Assembly (NCBI GenBank): GCA_963796685.1
Contig: CAWCMR010000008.1
Coordinates: 320,001 to 384,000 of the forward strand
Length of the DNA: 64,000 nucleotides
Reading direction: 5' to 3'
Source: an uncultured delta proteobacterium
Lineage (GTDB): Bacteria; Myxococcota_A; Polyangia; Fen-1088
The notes under the pieces were generated by a model. That model was not told where the DNA came from. It searched no databases and was given only the letters and a program-made list of their open reading frames with translations. Below, in pieces: positions 1-9,442 of this stretch; the first letter of the stretch is position 1; each line of letters starts with the position of its first letter. The translations under genes were made by a program, and so were the position numbers.

Positions 1-259
1 CGAGAAGGGCGTGCCCGCCTCGAAGGTGCCGGCCGAGGTCGTCGATCCCCTCGTGCAGAAGGTGATGGGCGCTCCCGACGGCAAGCTGCTCTCGGTGGGC
101 GAGATCTTCAAGCACGACGTCAAGCCGCGCGCGCCAGTCTTCGCCAGCTTCCCGTGCGAAGGCTGCGGCGAGATGGTGGTGGAGGGGTACACACGCATGG
201 TCGGTGACAAGAAGGTCTGCATCCCGTGCCAGGCGCGACTGACCGAGGGCAAGGGATGA
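1..259 (+). CDS. FmdE-family protein, C-terminal zinc-finger part (5' end outside window)
   Basis: C-terminal CEGCGEMVVE...CIPC four-Cys motif preceded by APVFAS, as in FmdE/TraR-type zinc fingers; the frame runs off the left edge. Confidence 0.65.
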   Translation, partial: EKGVPASKVPAEVVDPLVQKVMGAPDGKLLSVGEIFKHDVKPRAPVFASFPCEGCGEMVVEGYTRMVGDKKVCIPCQARLTEGKG

Positions 260-305
260 CGACGGTGTTCAGCCCAGCGGGCACCAGCGAACCTCGAGGC
301 TTGCG

Positions 306-1071
306 ATGAACAGGGCGACCGTCATCGCGTTCTTCGTGGTGCTGGCGATCTCGGTCGTGTTCTCCATGTTTGGGAAGGGCGGGGGATCGCTCTACACCCC
401 CGTCCTCGTCATGCTCGGGTGGGATCTCACCACATCGATCTCCACCGCGCTCTTCCTCAACCTGGTGACCGCCGTGGTGGCAGACCATCGTTTTTGCGCG
501 CAACCGCTTGGTGGACTTCAAGTCTTCATCGGTCTTTCTCCCCGGGACTGTGGCGGGCTCGCTGGTCGGAGCCCTGCTCAGCAGCAGGGCTCCCAAGGAT
601 CTCCTCCTCGGCCTGTTTTCCGTGTTTCTGCTTGGCGCCGGCATCCTGATGATCCGCTCGAACAAAGGCGAGGCCCACCAGCAGGCGCGACCGCTGACCT
701 CGGGGCTGGTGGTGGTCATGGTGGCTTTCTCCTTCGGGGTGGGTGTGCTCGGGAGCCTCATCGGGGTGGGCGGCGGCCTGGTCATCTTCCCGTTCCTCGT
801 CCTCTATCTGAAGTACCAGGCGCAAAAGGCTGCGGGCGCGAACGCCTACATCGTCACCGTCAGCTCGCTGGTCGGATCCCTCGGTCACCTGTCAGTCGGC
901 CACGTCGATTACTTCCTGATCGGCGTCACCGCGATCGCGGCCATAATCGGCTCGGCGATCGGCTCGCACGTCACCGTCAAAGCAAGCCCCAAGTTCGTCA
1001 AGGTCGCATTCGCCTTCATCATGTGGTTCTTCTCGGGCGAGATCGCACTTCACCTTCTCAAGGTCATCTGA
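306..1071 (+). pseudogene. Sulfite exporter TauE/SafE family membrane protein, frameshifted near 483
   Basis: The N-terminal half (MFGKGGGSLYTPVL) is in ORF 306+ and the C-terminal half (LIGVGGGLVIFP) in ORF 508..1071. One extra base in gtggcagaccatc joins them. May be a sequencing indel. Confidence 0.75.
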
Positions 1072-1162
1072 GGGATGCGCCACCTCAAAGCTCCTTCGTG
1101 GCGTCGGCGAGCGCGCATCGGTTTGGCTCTGGCCGTGACCGCGCTGGCTTGCACCACCGCGC

Positions 1163-1354
1163 GTGGCGAGGTTGCAGACGCCTCCGGGATTCACGACGGC
1201 GCTCAACCGCATGAGCGTGGGTACGATCTCTATTCCGATCGCAGTCGGGGTTATCCTCATGATGTTCCCGCCGCTCGCGAAGGTGCGCTACGAAGAGATC
1301 GGCAAGGTCTTCCGCAACAAGCGCGTACTTATTCTCTCCCTCGTACAAAGCTGA
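1163..1354 (+). pseudogene. acr3: ACR3-family arsenite efflux transporter fragment
   Basis: [40 protein letters not shown] matches the ACR3 N-terminal signature; truncated at both ends. Confidence 0.75.
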
Positions 1355-1526
1355 GAAGTCCCTCCACGCCCCGCTTGAGTTCGTACAAGCTTACTGCAGA
1401 AATGCACAACCCTTCGCGCGGTATCAGATCGTCCAGCCAGTTGACGAGTGATGGGTGTCTGGCCCTCGCGTGACGATCCAGGTACCAGGACACCACGCTG
1501 GTGTCGACCAAGAAGCCTGCGCTCAT
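1350..1526 (-). pseudogene. PIN-domain (VapC-like) toxin, N-terminal fragment
   Basis: MSAGFLVDTSVVSWYL...LCISAVSLYELKRG has the PIN DT motif and the conserved Glu. It breaks off where the ACR3 fragment ends. ATGA overlap with the upstream ORF. Confidence 0.7.
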
Positions 1527-2200
1527 CGCAGCTCGCGCAGACGCGCCTGAACCAGAACCGTCACATCCTCGGGCGCCAACGCTGCCCTCGCCTCCTCCAC
1601 ACATTCCAAAACGCGAGAGCCGCGGTTGACGGACGGAGCATCTGCCTCAAGCTCGACGGAAAGGCCGAGTCGTGCCAGATGATCCACGCCACGAGAAGCT
1701 TCCAGAAATGCGCGGTCCGCCAATTCGGCAGCGCGTTCCTTGTCTCCGTCGCGCTCGGAGAGAGAGACTGCGGCCATGAGGAGAACGACGGCCCGAATCA
1801 CTCCGGCCGCGTCGTCCTTGAATGCCTCGGCCAGATCCGGCTGCGCTAGCAGGCCGGGGTCCAGACTCGCTTCTTGGATCTCGGAACCAAACGGTATCGC
1901 CTCAAGAAAACCCACGAACGCTCGCATCGCCCAGCGAGCCGAACGGCGGGCGCCTGGGTCCGGCAGGAATCGGTCGAGACGCTCGCCCTCGGAGTGATAG
2001 ATGCCCTTGAGCTCTGCCAGAAAGCCCGGTGCCCCAAGCCCCTGAATGATCACGGTGAGCGCCTTGCCGAACTGGGTGAAGATGGCCAACGTGGTCTCGT
2101 TTACCAAATGCGTGTTGAGCGGCTCTTCTCGAAGGCGTTTCAGTTCCGCCTCGATCACCGCTGGCGCCCATGCAAGCGCGGCCCTCTCGGCGGGCGCCAA
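1523..2200 (-). CDS. Hypothetical protein translationally coupled to the PIN gene (possible antitoxin)
   Basis: 225-aa ORF with plausible composition; its stop overlaps the PIN start. Confidence 0.55.
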   Translation of the reverse strand: MAPAERAALAWAPAVIEAELKRLREEPLNTHLVNETTLAIFTQFGKALTVIIQGLGAPGFLAELKGIYHSEGERLDRFLPDPGARRSARWAMRAFVGFLEAIPFGSEIQEASLDPGLLAQPDLAEAFKDDAAGVIRAVVLLMAAVSLSERDGDKERAAELADRAFLEASRGVDHLARLGLSVELEADAPSVNRGSRVLECVEEARAALAPEDVTVLVQARLRELR

Positions 2201-2556
2201 CTGCCCACCAACGCGGTTAGATCTCGCACTGACAGTGGGGGAAGCCCCATCGCCAGGTTGTCGATTTTCGCCTTGGCTGCCGCAGTCATGGTGTTTGCTC
2301 CGTTCGCAGCATTGTACCTAGCAAGAGGCCAGAATACGCGCCTTAGTGACCACGGTCTTGCCTAGGCCTGGGACGGGTCGTCCTGGATTACCGACGAGCG
2401 CAACGCGCACCGCGCCATTGACCATCCCTCGAAGAGACTCGGTCTGGATCCTTGGCGCGCCAGTTTGAGTCATCTGGTGACGCGATCCTCAACGCGAATC
2501 CTAAGTCTCGACGAACATAGCAAAATCAATAGTAAAATTAACTAGTTACAGCCGAC

Positions 2557-2628
2557 AGGGAGCAAAAAGAAAGGGTTACCCACGCCGCTGCATCCCCCCT
2601 CGATTTCACAAAGGAATTTGGGGTAACT
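2557..2628. repeat. ~70-bp dispersed repeat copy 1 bounded by GTTACCC...GGGTAAC (putative recombination site)
   Basis: Shares gttacccacgccgctgcatc exactly and cgatttyacaaagga...ggggtaact with 5624-5690. Confidence 0.75.
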
Positions 2629-2724
2629 CAGCCTCTGGCGTAGCGAATCTGTGCCTAATTCAGTCTCTATACGATACAGTTTTAAGACTTGAATTCAGAC
2701 CTGTATGCGCCCATCATTTCGAGC

Positions 2725-3012
2725 ATGCGGGCCATCAAAGTTGCCGAAGACATCGTCCCGGTAGGTGAGTTCAAAGGCCAAGCAGCGCGCTGGCTCCGGC
2801 ATGCCGCTGAAACCGGACAGCCCGTGGTCATCACCCAGAATGGCAAGCCGGCTGGCGTCCTGGTCTCGCCGACCGAGTACGACCGTCTGACCGAGCGGGA
2901 ACGGTTCCTGGAGTCGGTCGCGCTAGGGCTGGCGGATGCCGAAGCCGGTCGAACCATGGACACAAAAGAGCTTCTGCGCCGTCTTGAAGAACAGCGGTCC
3001 GCGGGGCGGTAG
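2725..3012 (+). CDS. Phd/YefM-family antitoxin
   Basis: DIVPVGEFKGQA...PVVITQNGKPAGVLVSPTEY is the Phd/YefM motif; ATG at 2725 preferred over the longer ORF start. Confidence 0.9.
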   Translation: MRAIKVAEDIVPVGEFKGQAARWLRHAAETGQPVVITQNGKPAGVLVSPTEYDRLTERERFLESVALGLADAEAGRTMDTKELLRRLEEQRSAGR

Positions 3013-3014
3013 CA

Positions 3015-3311
3015 TTGAAAGTCATCTGGACTGAACAGGCGCTCGTGCGCCTCGCCGAGATCCAAGACTTCATCGCCCGGGCCAACCCCGACGCGGCCGA
3101 ACGTCTTGTCCACCGAATTGTCGAGCGCGGTGATGGATTGTCGAAGTTCCCCGAGATGGGCAGGATTGTGCCCGAGCTTCCAGGAACCGGCATTCGCGAA
3201 ATCATCGAGGGACGTTACAGGATCGTCTATCGGGTCCAGACGAAGGCGATCCAGGTTCTCACGGTCTTCGAAGGGCATCGCCAGTTTCCTTCGGGGGATA
3301 TCGTCGGATAG
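3015..3311 (+). CDS. RelE/ParE-family toxin
   Basis: KVIWTEQA..RLAEIQDFIA..NP.AA...FPEMGRIVPE...REII...YRIVYR; directly downstream of the antitoxin. Confidence 0.9.
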   Translation: MKVIWTEQALVRLAEIQDFIARANPDAAERLVHRIVERGDGLSKFPEMGRIVPELPGTGIREIIEGRYRIVYRVQTKAIQVLTVFEGHRQFPSGDIVG

Positions 3312-3803
3312 TCACCAGTTTTGCCTTTCAAGCAGGCGCGCTGTCTTTCCAGACGCCGCTTTGGAGACGGACTGGCAAACGCGCGGAGGTTCCATCGCGC
3401 CTTGCGTGATCGCTTCTTGTCGTCAAGTCGAGCGATCCCGATGACCTTTGCGAAAAAACTGCCGCGCTCAGCCAGATCGGCGGCCCGCGCCTGTCCAAAG
3501 TTGTCTCCACTCGACCGTTTCAACCAGGAGATGGGGCAAGGCGAGATCGATGAGCGTAGATTCAACCCAAGGGACCTCGACCTCGTATCCAGCCACCCAA
3601 TTCAGGCGTCCCCTCGCAGCGGCGAGGATCTCGTCAAGGTCGCGTCCAATCTCGCATGCTCCGAGCAGGAGCCCGCGCTTATGCTCTCAGAATGTCCCAC
3701 GTTAACGACTTTGTGGTCGCTGCCCGCTTTGCTCACCGCACTGATAGGGACCGATCCCCCGGTGTCGCCCTACCCCGCCCTGAGCTAATCGCCATTGCCA
3801 GGG

Positions 3804-4430
3804 TCATGGATCGCCCCGCGGCAAGAGAACCAATTTGGCGGCTTCCTCAGCCTCTTTGAGGAGCGTCTTGCGCGGCGTGCCTAGCAGCGCACGCATGGTC
3901 AGCCCACGCACCAAATCCGTGACTTGGATTGCGCGCGCGGCTACGGGAAAGTCAGATGGGATTTCTCCCGCGCTGATCCCGTCCCGGAAGCGGCGCTCCA
4001 CCAGCGCCGTTCCGCCCGCGACCGCGCTCTGCAGGAACCGCTGAACCTCGGCGTCGTTCACAAGCGGCGCGACGCATATCATAAGGCAGCCCCGAGCGGA
4101 CCCTTTCTCTGTCGCACTTTCGACGGCGTACCTAAGAAAGCTCGCGATCGAGTCGCGAAGACTTTGTGGCGAGAGGAGTGCCTTCGCGGCTGATGCGCCC
4201 TTTCTCTCTGCATACGCCTTGAGGGCGCGCAAGAATATCGCCCGCTTGTCCCCGAAGACGGCATACAGGCTCGGCCGTCCCACCCCCATCCCGGCGACGA
4301 GATCGTCAATCGTCACTCCGTCGTAGCCTTTCGACCAGAACACCTGAGTCGCCTTTTCCAGCGCCCCCGTCTCGTCGAAGCTGCGTGGTCGACCCCGCGG
4401 CCTAGCGGTATTTTGAATCATTTGGTTCAA
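3804..4430 (-). CDS. TetR/AcrR-family transcriptional regulator
   Basis: RGRPRSFD...FWSKGYDGVTIDDLVAGMGVGRPSLYAVFGDK helix-turn-helix; GCLM motif in the C-terminal domain. Confidence 0.92.
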   Translation of the reverse strand: MNQMIQNTARPRGRPRSFDETGALEKATQVFWSKGYDGVTIDDLVAGMGVGRPSLYAVFGDKRAIFLRALKAYAERKGASAAKALLSPQSLRDSIASFLRYAVESATEKGSARGCLMICVAPLVNDAEVQRFLQSAVAGGTALVERRFRDGISAGEIPSDFPVAARAIQVTDLVRGLTMRALLGTPRKTLLKEAEEAAKLVLLPRGDP

Positions 4431-4535
4431 AACTCATTGACAGTTTCTCGCACCAATATATAACTGAATAGTTCTAAATTAGCAAGCCGGTTACTGGCCT
4501 CGCGGGGCCTCACGACTCGGCTTTCACCCTTCACC

Positions 4536-5522
4536 ATGGAGACGGTTATGGAACATTCGATCGCTCTCGTCACCGGCGCCACTTCCGGGCTCGGCCATGC
4601 GGCAGCCCGCCTGCTCGCCGGAGAGGGCTGGCACGAGATCATCGTCACCGGGCGCACCCTGGCCGGGGCCCAGCAAGCGGCCGCTCAACTCGCGGCTGAG
4701 AACAAAACAGTGATCTTCACGCCGCTGGAGTTGGATCTGGACAAGCCGTCCAGCGTTCAGTTCGCCGTTGCCGAGTTGGTCAAGCGAGGTCGGCCGGTCG
4801 AGTTCCTACTGCTCAATGCAGGGATGGTCCCAGGTAAGAAGCGCGTGATCACCGCAGCGGGCATCGAGGAAGCTCAGGCCCCGCTGATCGGCCATCATCA
4901 ACTGACTATCGGGTTGCTCCGCGCCAACCTGCTGAGCCCGAACGCGCGGATTGTCATCGCCGGCGCGGAACCTGCCCGTGGGGGCGTGCCGATGTTCAGA
5001 TACACCGATGTGCCAGCCTTCGCGGCCAAATACTTCCGGGGAGACCGGACCGCGGCTATCGAAGCCCTGATTCGCAACGGGCCAAACGTGAAGTACGTGC
5101 CCAACAATACGTATGCCGACGCGAAGCTCATTATCGCTTGGTGGGTCGCGGCGCTGGCGCGCCGGCTACCCTCCGGCATGGCCGTGTACGCTGTCTCGCC
5201 CGGTGGGGCGACCGCCACCAAGGTGGTGCGAAACGCTGGCCCGTTGTTGAAGTATCTGTTTATCCCAATCGTGAACCTCATTCCCGGCATGAATCAGACG
5301 CCGGAGACCGCGACCCGTCGGTACCTCCAGGCGTCGGAGCTCGGAACCGACGTCTCAGGGCAATTCTTCGCCTCGGCTAAAGGGAAGTTCTCAGGCCCAA
5401 TTGAGGTGCAGCGCCAGCCACACCTCTACGATCGCGCCAGCCAGGAAGCCGCGTGGCAGGCCGTCGTCAAGGTCTCTGGCGTCGACTTCTCCTCCGCAGC
5501 AACCTTGAGCGCCGTGTCCTGA
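4536..5522 (+). CDS. Short-chain dehydrogenase/reductase
   Basis: TGATSGLG Rossmann motif, LNAG and YADAK (YxxxK); divergent from the TetR gene. Confidence 0.9.
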   Translation: METVMEHSIALVTGATSGLGHAAARLLAGEGWHEIIVTGRTLAGAQQAAAQLAAENKTVIFTPLELDLDKPSSVQFAVAELVKRGRPVEFLLLNAGMVPGKKRVITAAGIEEAQAPLIGHHQLTIGLLRANLLSPNARIVIAGAEPARGGVPMFRYTDVPAFAAKYFRGDRTAAIEALIRNGPNVKYVPNNTYADAKLIIAWWVAALARRLPSGMAVYAVSPGGATATKVVRNAGPLLKYLFIPIVNLIPGMNQTPETATRRYLQASELGTDVSGQFFASAKGKFSGPIEVQRQPHLYDRASQEAAWQAVVKVSGVDFSSAATLSAVS

Positions 5523-5623
5523 AGGAGCGCGCCCCCTGCCCGCCCAGGCGGTCACTCGTCGCACGCACGGATGCGCTCATGTTCTTGATCGGCTTCGTGG
5601 TCATGTCGTCAGCGCTTCCAGGT

Positions 5624-5690
5624 AGGGAGCAGAAAAAAGTTACCCACGCCGCTGCATCGCTGCGATTTTACAAAGGATTTGGGGGTAACT
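5624..5690. repeat. ~70-bp dispersed repeat copy 2 bounded by AGTTACCC...GGGTAACT
   Basis: Direct-orientation homolog of 2557-2628 with a perfect 8-bp internal inverted repeat. Confidence 0.75.
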
Positions 5691-5729
5691 GCGGGCCTTC
5701 AGAAGCGTTCTTTCATTGTTTTCCATAGA

Positions 5730-5817
5730 TTCAGCATCTGCTGAAAATGTCATCTTTAGTGAAATGTCCTTGACACCGCAGTTTCACTAGATAGAACGTT
5801 TTCAGCGTCTGCTGAAA
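5730..5817 (+). promoter_or_regulatory. Putative promoter with two palindromic operators for the AbiE-like operon
   Basis: TTCAGCatctGCTGAA (5730-5745) and TTCAGCgtctGCTGAA (5801-5816) flank TTGACA (5770-5775). Confidence 0.6.
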
Positions 5818-5829
5818 GTTAGTGATGCC

Positions 5830-6876
5830 GTGAAAGCACAGGACATAGAGAGACGAGCCGCTGCGGCACTCACGGCGTGTCTGCAGGAAGCACCCTTCAT
5901 CCGGGTCAAGTCCGCGCGGTGGCGTCGACGCGATGATGAGGCAGACATCGTGCTCAACCTTCGGACCAAGGCCGGTTCGTTCAGCCTAATCGCCGAGGTC
6001 AAGACCACAGGCCAACCCCGCGTGGCAAGAGAAGCGGTCAACCATCTGCTGTGCCTCCGCCGCGAACACCCGGACGCCTACGGCGTGTTCGTGGCCCCGT
6101 ATGTGTCCCCGGAAGCCGCCGAGATCTGCAGGAAGCACGACATCGGGTATCTCGACCTTGCCGGGAACTGCCGCCTGTCTTTTGACCAGGTCTTCATCTC
6201 CAGGGAGGGCTTCCGCAACAAATTCACGCAGAGGCGGGATCTCCGATCGCTGTACGCGCCGAAGGCCACGCGGGTGCTTCGTGCGCTGCTGATGAGCAAG
6301 TCCAAGTGGTGGAAGACCCAGGTGTTGGCCGACGAGGCGGGGGTGAGCATTGGGCAGGTCGCCAACGTGAAGAAGAACCTGCGTGACCGGGAGTGGGTTG
6401 TCGATGGGAAGGAAGGTTTTCGTCTTGCGAATCCCCAGGCCCTGCTCCGGGAATGGGCGGACAACTACACGTATCGGAAGAACACCGTTCGTGACTTCTA
6501 CGCCATGGGCGAGACCGACGATGTCGAGGCCGCTATCGCAAGGGAATGCCGTGAGCTTGGGATTGAATATGCGTTCACCGGTTTCTCGGCGGCGCGCCGG
6601 ATCGCCCCTGCGGTCCGAGGACAACGCGCCATGGCCTACGTGAGCGTGGTCTCCGAGGCCCTGCTGAAGCGGGCAGGGTTGAAGGAGGTGTCGAGCGGCG
6701 CGAACGTCAGCCTCCTGGTCCCTTACGACGAGGGTGTCTACTACCTGGCCAACGATGTCGACTCGATGAGGACTGTGTGTCCTGTCCAACTCTACCTCGA
6801 CCTCAAGGGCTACAAAGGCCGTGGCGATGAAGCGGCCGAGGCCGTCTGGCAGCAGGAGGTCTCGAAGCTGTGGTGA
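5830..6876 (+). CDS. Type IV TA (AbiEi-like) antitoxin / transcriptional regulator
   Basis: Central HTH, LLREWA..Y, YAFTGFSAA, GANV.LLVPYD.GVYY and PVQLYLDL....GRGDEAAE, typical of AbiEi-2-type proteins paired with nucleotidyltransferases. Confidence 0.75.
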   Translation: MKAQDIERRAAAALTACLQEAPFIRVKSARWRRRDDEADIVLNLRTKAGSFSLIAEVKTTGQPRVAREAVNHLLCLRREHPDAYGVFVAPYVSPEAAEICRKHDIGYLDLAGNCRLSFDQVFISREGFRNKFTQRRDLRSLYAPKATRVLRALLMSKSKWWKTQVLADEAGVSIGQVANVKKNLRDREWVVDGKEGFRLANPQALLREWADNYTYRKNTVRDFYAMGETDDVEAAIARECRELGIEYAFTGFSAARRIAPAVRGQRAMAYVSVVSEALLKRAGLKEVSSGANVSLLVPYDEGVYYLANDVDSMRTVCPVQLYLDLKGYKGRGDEAAEAVWQQEVSKLW

Positions 6877-7697
6877 CCAAGAAGGATTACGACGCCATCC
6901 AGGTCGACGCGGCCCGTTCCGTGATGTTGGAACTCGTCAGGTTGCTCGCGGAGTACCGCGACGACATCGTGGTTGTGGGCGGCTGGGTGCCAGCACTCCT
7001 CATCCCGCAGGATCGGAAGCCGCACATCGGCAGCACCGACGTCGATCTCGCCCTGAACCACCGAACCTTGACCGGGCCTGGGTACAAGACGATCTGCCGG
7101 CTGCTGGAGGGTCGGGGCTACACGCAGGACAAGAAGCAGCCCTTCATTTTCTGGCGCACGGTCACGGTGGGCGACAAGGAGATCGTCGTGGAAGTCGACC
7201 TCCTTGCGGGGGAATACGAGGGAACCGGCAAGAGCCATCGAACCCAGACCGTGCAGGATGTTCGTGCACGCAAAGCTCGCGGTTGCGACCTAGCCTTCGA
7301 GTTCCCTGCGACGATTGCCATCGAAGGCAACCTGCCCGGCGGCGCCAGGGACTCGACAACGGTGCGCATCGCTTCGATTGTCCCCTTCCTGGCGATGAAA
7401 GGCATGGCCCTGGCCACCCGCTTGAAGGAGAAGGATGCCTGGGACATCTACTATTGCGTGAGGTGGTACCCAGGCGAACCCGAAGCCTTGGTCAATGTCT
7501 GCCGCGAGCACATCAAGAACGGTCTGGTGAGGGAAGGGTTCAAGAACATCGGCGAGAAATTTGCTTCCCCTGATCACGTTGGCCCAACTTTCGTCGCCGA
7601 CTTCGAGGAGATCTCTAATCCCGAAGCGCGAGCGGTCACCAAGCGGGACGCCTACGAGCGCGTCCAGTACCTACTCCGGGGGATTGGTCTCGCCTGA
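6870..7697 (+). CDS. Nucleotidyltransferase toxin (AbiEii-like)
   Basis: VVVGGWVP...HIGSTDVDLAL (GG..DxD) and KEKDAWDIYY (KDxxD) motifs; overlaps the upstream gene. Confidence 0.8.
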   Translation: MVTKKDYDAIQVDAARSVMLELVRLLAEYRDDIVVVGGWVPALLIPQDRKPHIGSTDVDLALNHRTLTGPGYKTICRLLEGRGYTQDKKQPFIFWRTVTVGDKEIVVEVDLLAGEYEGTGKSHRTQTVQDVRARKARGCDLAFEFPATIAIEGNLPGGARDSTTVRIASIVPFLAMKGMALATRLKEKDAWDIYYCVRWYPGEPEALVNVCREHIKNGLVREGFKNIGEKFASPDHVGPTFVADFEEISNPEARAVTKRDAYERVQYLLRGIGLA

Positions 7698-7882
7698 GCG
7701 GCGAGGTTCAGGTAGCCGGTCCAGGTGTAGACAATCTTTGAAAAGCGCGACTTGGCAATCTCGGTGAGCGCGTCGCTATCTCCATCTACCAGGTTGACTT
7801 CGTTGGTCCTGGCCAGCCTGGTCGACCGCGCCAAGCGCGATCGGAAACCCGCGCTCTCGAGCGATTCTCTCCAGCCAGCCAT

Positions 7883-8557
7883 TCAATTCTTAAGGAAGTG
7901 AACCTCTACGCGGCGGTTTCTCGCCTCTGACGCATCGGCGCCGGGGAGAGGCCGAGACTCCCCAAAACCTGCGACAACAACCCGCCCCGCTAGAACAACA
8001 TCGCCAAGTGTATCAATTAGGGCCTTTCGCGCCTCACGGGCACGGGCTGCAGAGAGAGTGTAGTTGTCATCATAGACGCCGCAGTGTACCGGTCGTTCGT
8101 TCTTATCCAGGTCACAAACCACATGATTAACAGGCGTGCTGTCCGTATGCCCTTCCATTGCAATATGCGTCCGAGGGTCGCACTTGAGGAAAACCGTAAT
8201 GTCTCGCCTCACCTTGTCGATCCAGGAATTCACGCTTCGATCGAGGCAAGCGTCGCCCTGTTTGAAGACACCTTCGCGGAGCGTAAGCCGGCCAGATGAC
8301 TTGTCTATTGCCATCAGATCCTGTCTACCATCGTCGTGAATCGTTTGATCCAGCTTCGCCATTAGCTCGCCAACACAATCCCGCTCTGCGCCAGATCCGG
8401 CGTGCATCCCTGCAGACTCTGGCCCTGGTTGCTGAATATCTTCCCTGCCCGGAGATTGAATCCTCAACACACTGACGACCAGCAGTAGCATGACGACGGC
8501 CATCACGCCGGCCATTAGGTCAGAGATGGCAATCCACTCACTGGGCTTTTCTCTCAT
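7883..8557 (-). CDS. OmpA/MotB-family protein, ZorB-like
   Basis: N-terminal WIAISDLMAG TM helix with the conserved Asp; C-terminal EGHTD...NYTLSAARA...GFGESRP...RNRRVEV peptidoglycan-binding domain. Confidence 0.8.
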   Translation of the reverse strand: MREKPSEWIAISDLMAGVMAVVMLLLVVSVLRIQSPGREDIQQPGPESAGMHAGSGAERDCVGELMAKLDQTIHDDGRQDLMAIDKSSGRLTLREGVFKQGDACLDRSVNSWIDKVRRDITVFLKCDPRTHIAMEGHTDSTPVNHVVCDLDKNERPVHCGVYDDNYTLSAARAREARKALIDTLGDVVLAGRVVVAGFGESRPLPGADASEARNRRVEVHFLKN

Positions 8558-8582
8558 CGACAGCTATCCATTTGACGGCAGA

Positions 8583-8849
8583 CTAGGACCGTTTCAATTT
8601 CTCCGATCGTGGTTCGGGCACGATTCCTCTCAAATCGCCACGCATTCCACGAATCTCACCCAGGAGCCGTCCCTGATTCTCCTGAATCGCGTCCAGGGAT
8701 TGCAACGCGACGAGAACCTTCTCCTGCCCAGCAACAAACGCCGCGAGGGACCCCAGCGCAACAGACAACTTGTGCAGCTCCGCCACAACCTTACTCACAA
8801 CGACTGGCTGTTCTTTCAATTGAGCAACCACCTTGTTCTCGCCACGAAT
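8583..8849 (-). pseudogene. Helical C-terminal fragment, probable ZorA/MotA-like tail remnant
   Basis: Amphipathic helical ORF ending 25 bp before the ZorB-like gene; its 5' part is replaced by an opposite-strand Ubl fragment. Family assignment is by position only. Confidence 0.4.
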
Positions 8850-8945
8850 CCCGGCGAACCCCTGCAGCCTGAACGGCCGCTCGTTTCCTACCACGTCGAA
8901 GATGGGACGGTGCTGATCCTGACCGCCATCGGCGGCGGGGTCTAG
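8850..8945 (+). pseudogene. Ubiquitin-like (beta-grasp) protein, C-terminal fragment ending GGGV
   Basis: PGEPLQPERPLVSYHVEDGTVLILTAIGGGV* parallels the ubiquitin C-terminus ([27 protein letters not shown]) and lies 5 bp upstream of an E2-like gene. Confidence 0.6.
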
Positions 8946-8950
8946 GCGCT

Positions 8951-9442
8951 ATGGCCGTCGACAAGGAAATCACGAGACAGCATCTCCGCGAGGAGCTCGC
9001 CCTAGTCGAGGCGCTTGCCAAGACCTACGGCTGGGACGTGACCGTCGACTACGAGACGCTGACCGTGACCGTGAAGATGGGCGCGCCCAACGGCGACCGC
9101 TACATCGTAGAGATGGTCTGCGACGACTACGAAGAGAAGCCGCCCTACATCGAGTTCATCGACCCCGACACGCAGGAAAGGGGAATTCCGCAGGCCTACC
9201 CGAAAGGGAAGAAGGACTCGTTCTTCCATCAGTCGGGACCGTGCATCTGCGCGCCGTTCAGCCGCAAAGCCTACAAATCGATCTGCCCAGCCGCGCCTCA
9301 TGAGGACTGGAGCTTCGGAAACTGGCAAACGTCGACGGTGAACAACGTGTCCTGGGCGGACTACTCCAAGCTTGGTGACATGCTGGGGCTCATCTACACT
9401 CGTATCAGCCGCGCCGACCACTACGCCGGCCGGATGGCTTAG
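8951..9442 (+). CDS. Prokaryotic E2/UBC-like protein (BilB/Bub-type)
   Basis: YIVEMVCDDYEEKPPYIEFIDP (UBC-like YxxxPPxxxFxD) followed by CICAPFSRKAY...PHEDW with a candidate catalytic Cys. Confidence 0.65.
   Translation: MAVDKEITRQHLREELALVEALAKTYGWDVTVDYETLTVTVKMGAPNGDRYIVEMVCDDYEEKPPYIEFIDPDTQERGIPQAYPKGKKDSFFHQSGPCICAPFSRKAYKSICPAAPHEDWSFGNWQTSTVNNVSWADYSKLGDMLGLIYTRISRADHYAGRMA

Noticed and set aside
478-490. Programmed frameshifting in the TauE gene (and at 31419)
   Set aside because: No slippery heptamer or homopolymer tract; isolated +1 bases are better explained by sequencing error or recent mutation.
5689-5696. attL copy of the tRNA-Leu 3' end
   Set aside because: Only TGCGGG matches; no convincing tRNA 3' duplication was found in the window, so the island's left boundary stays undefined.
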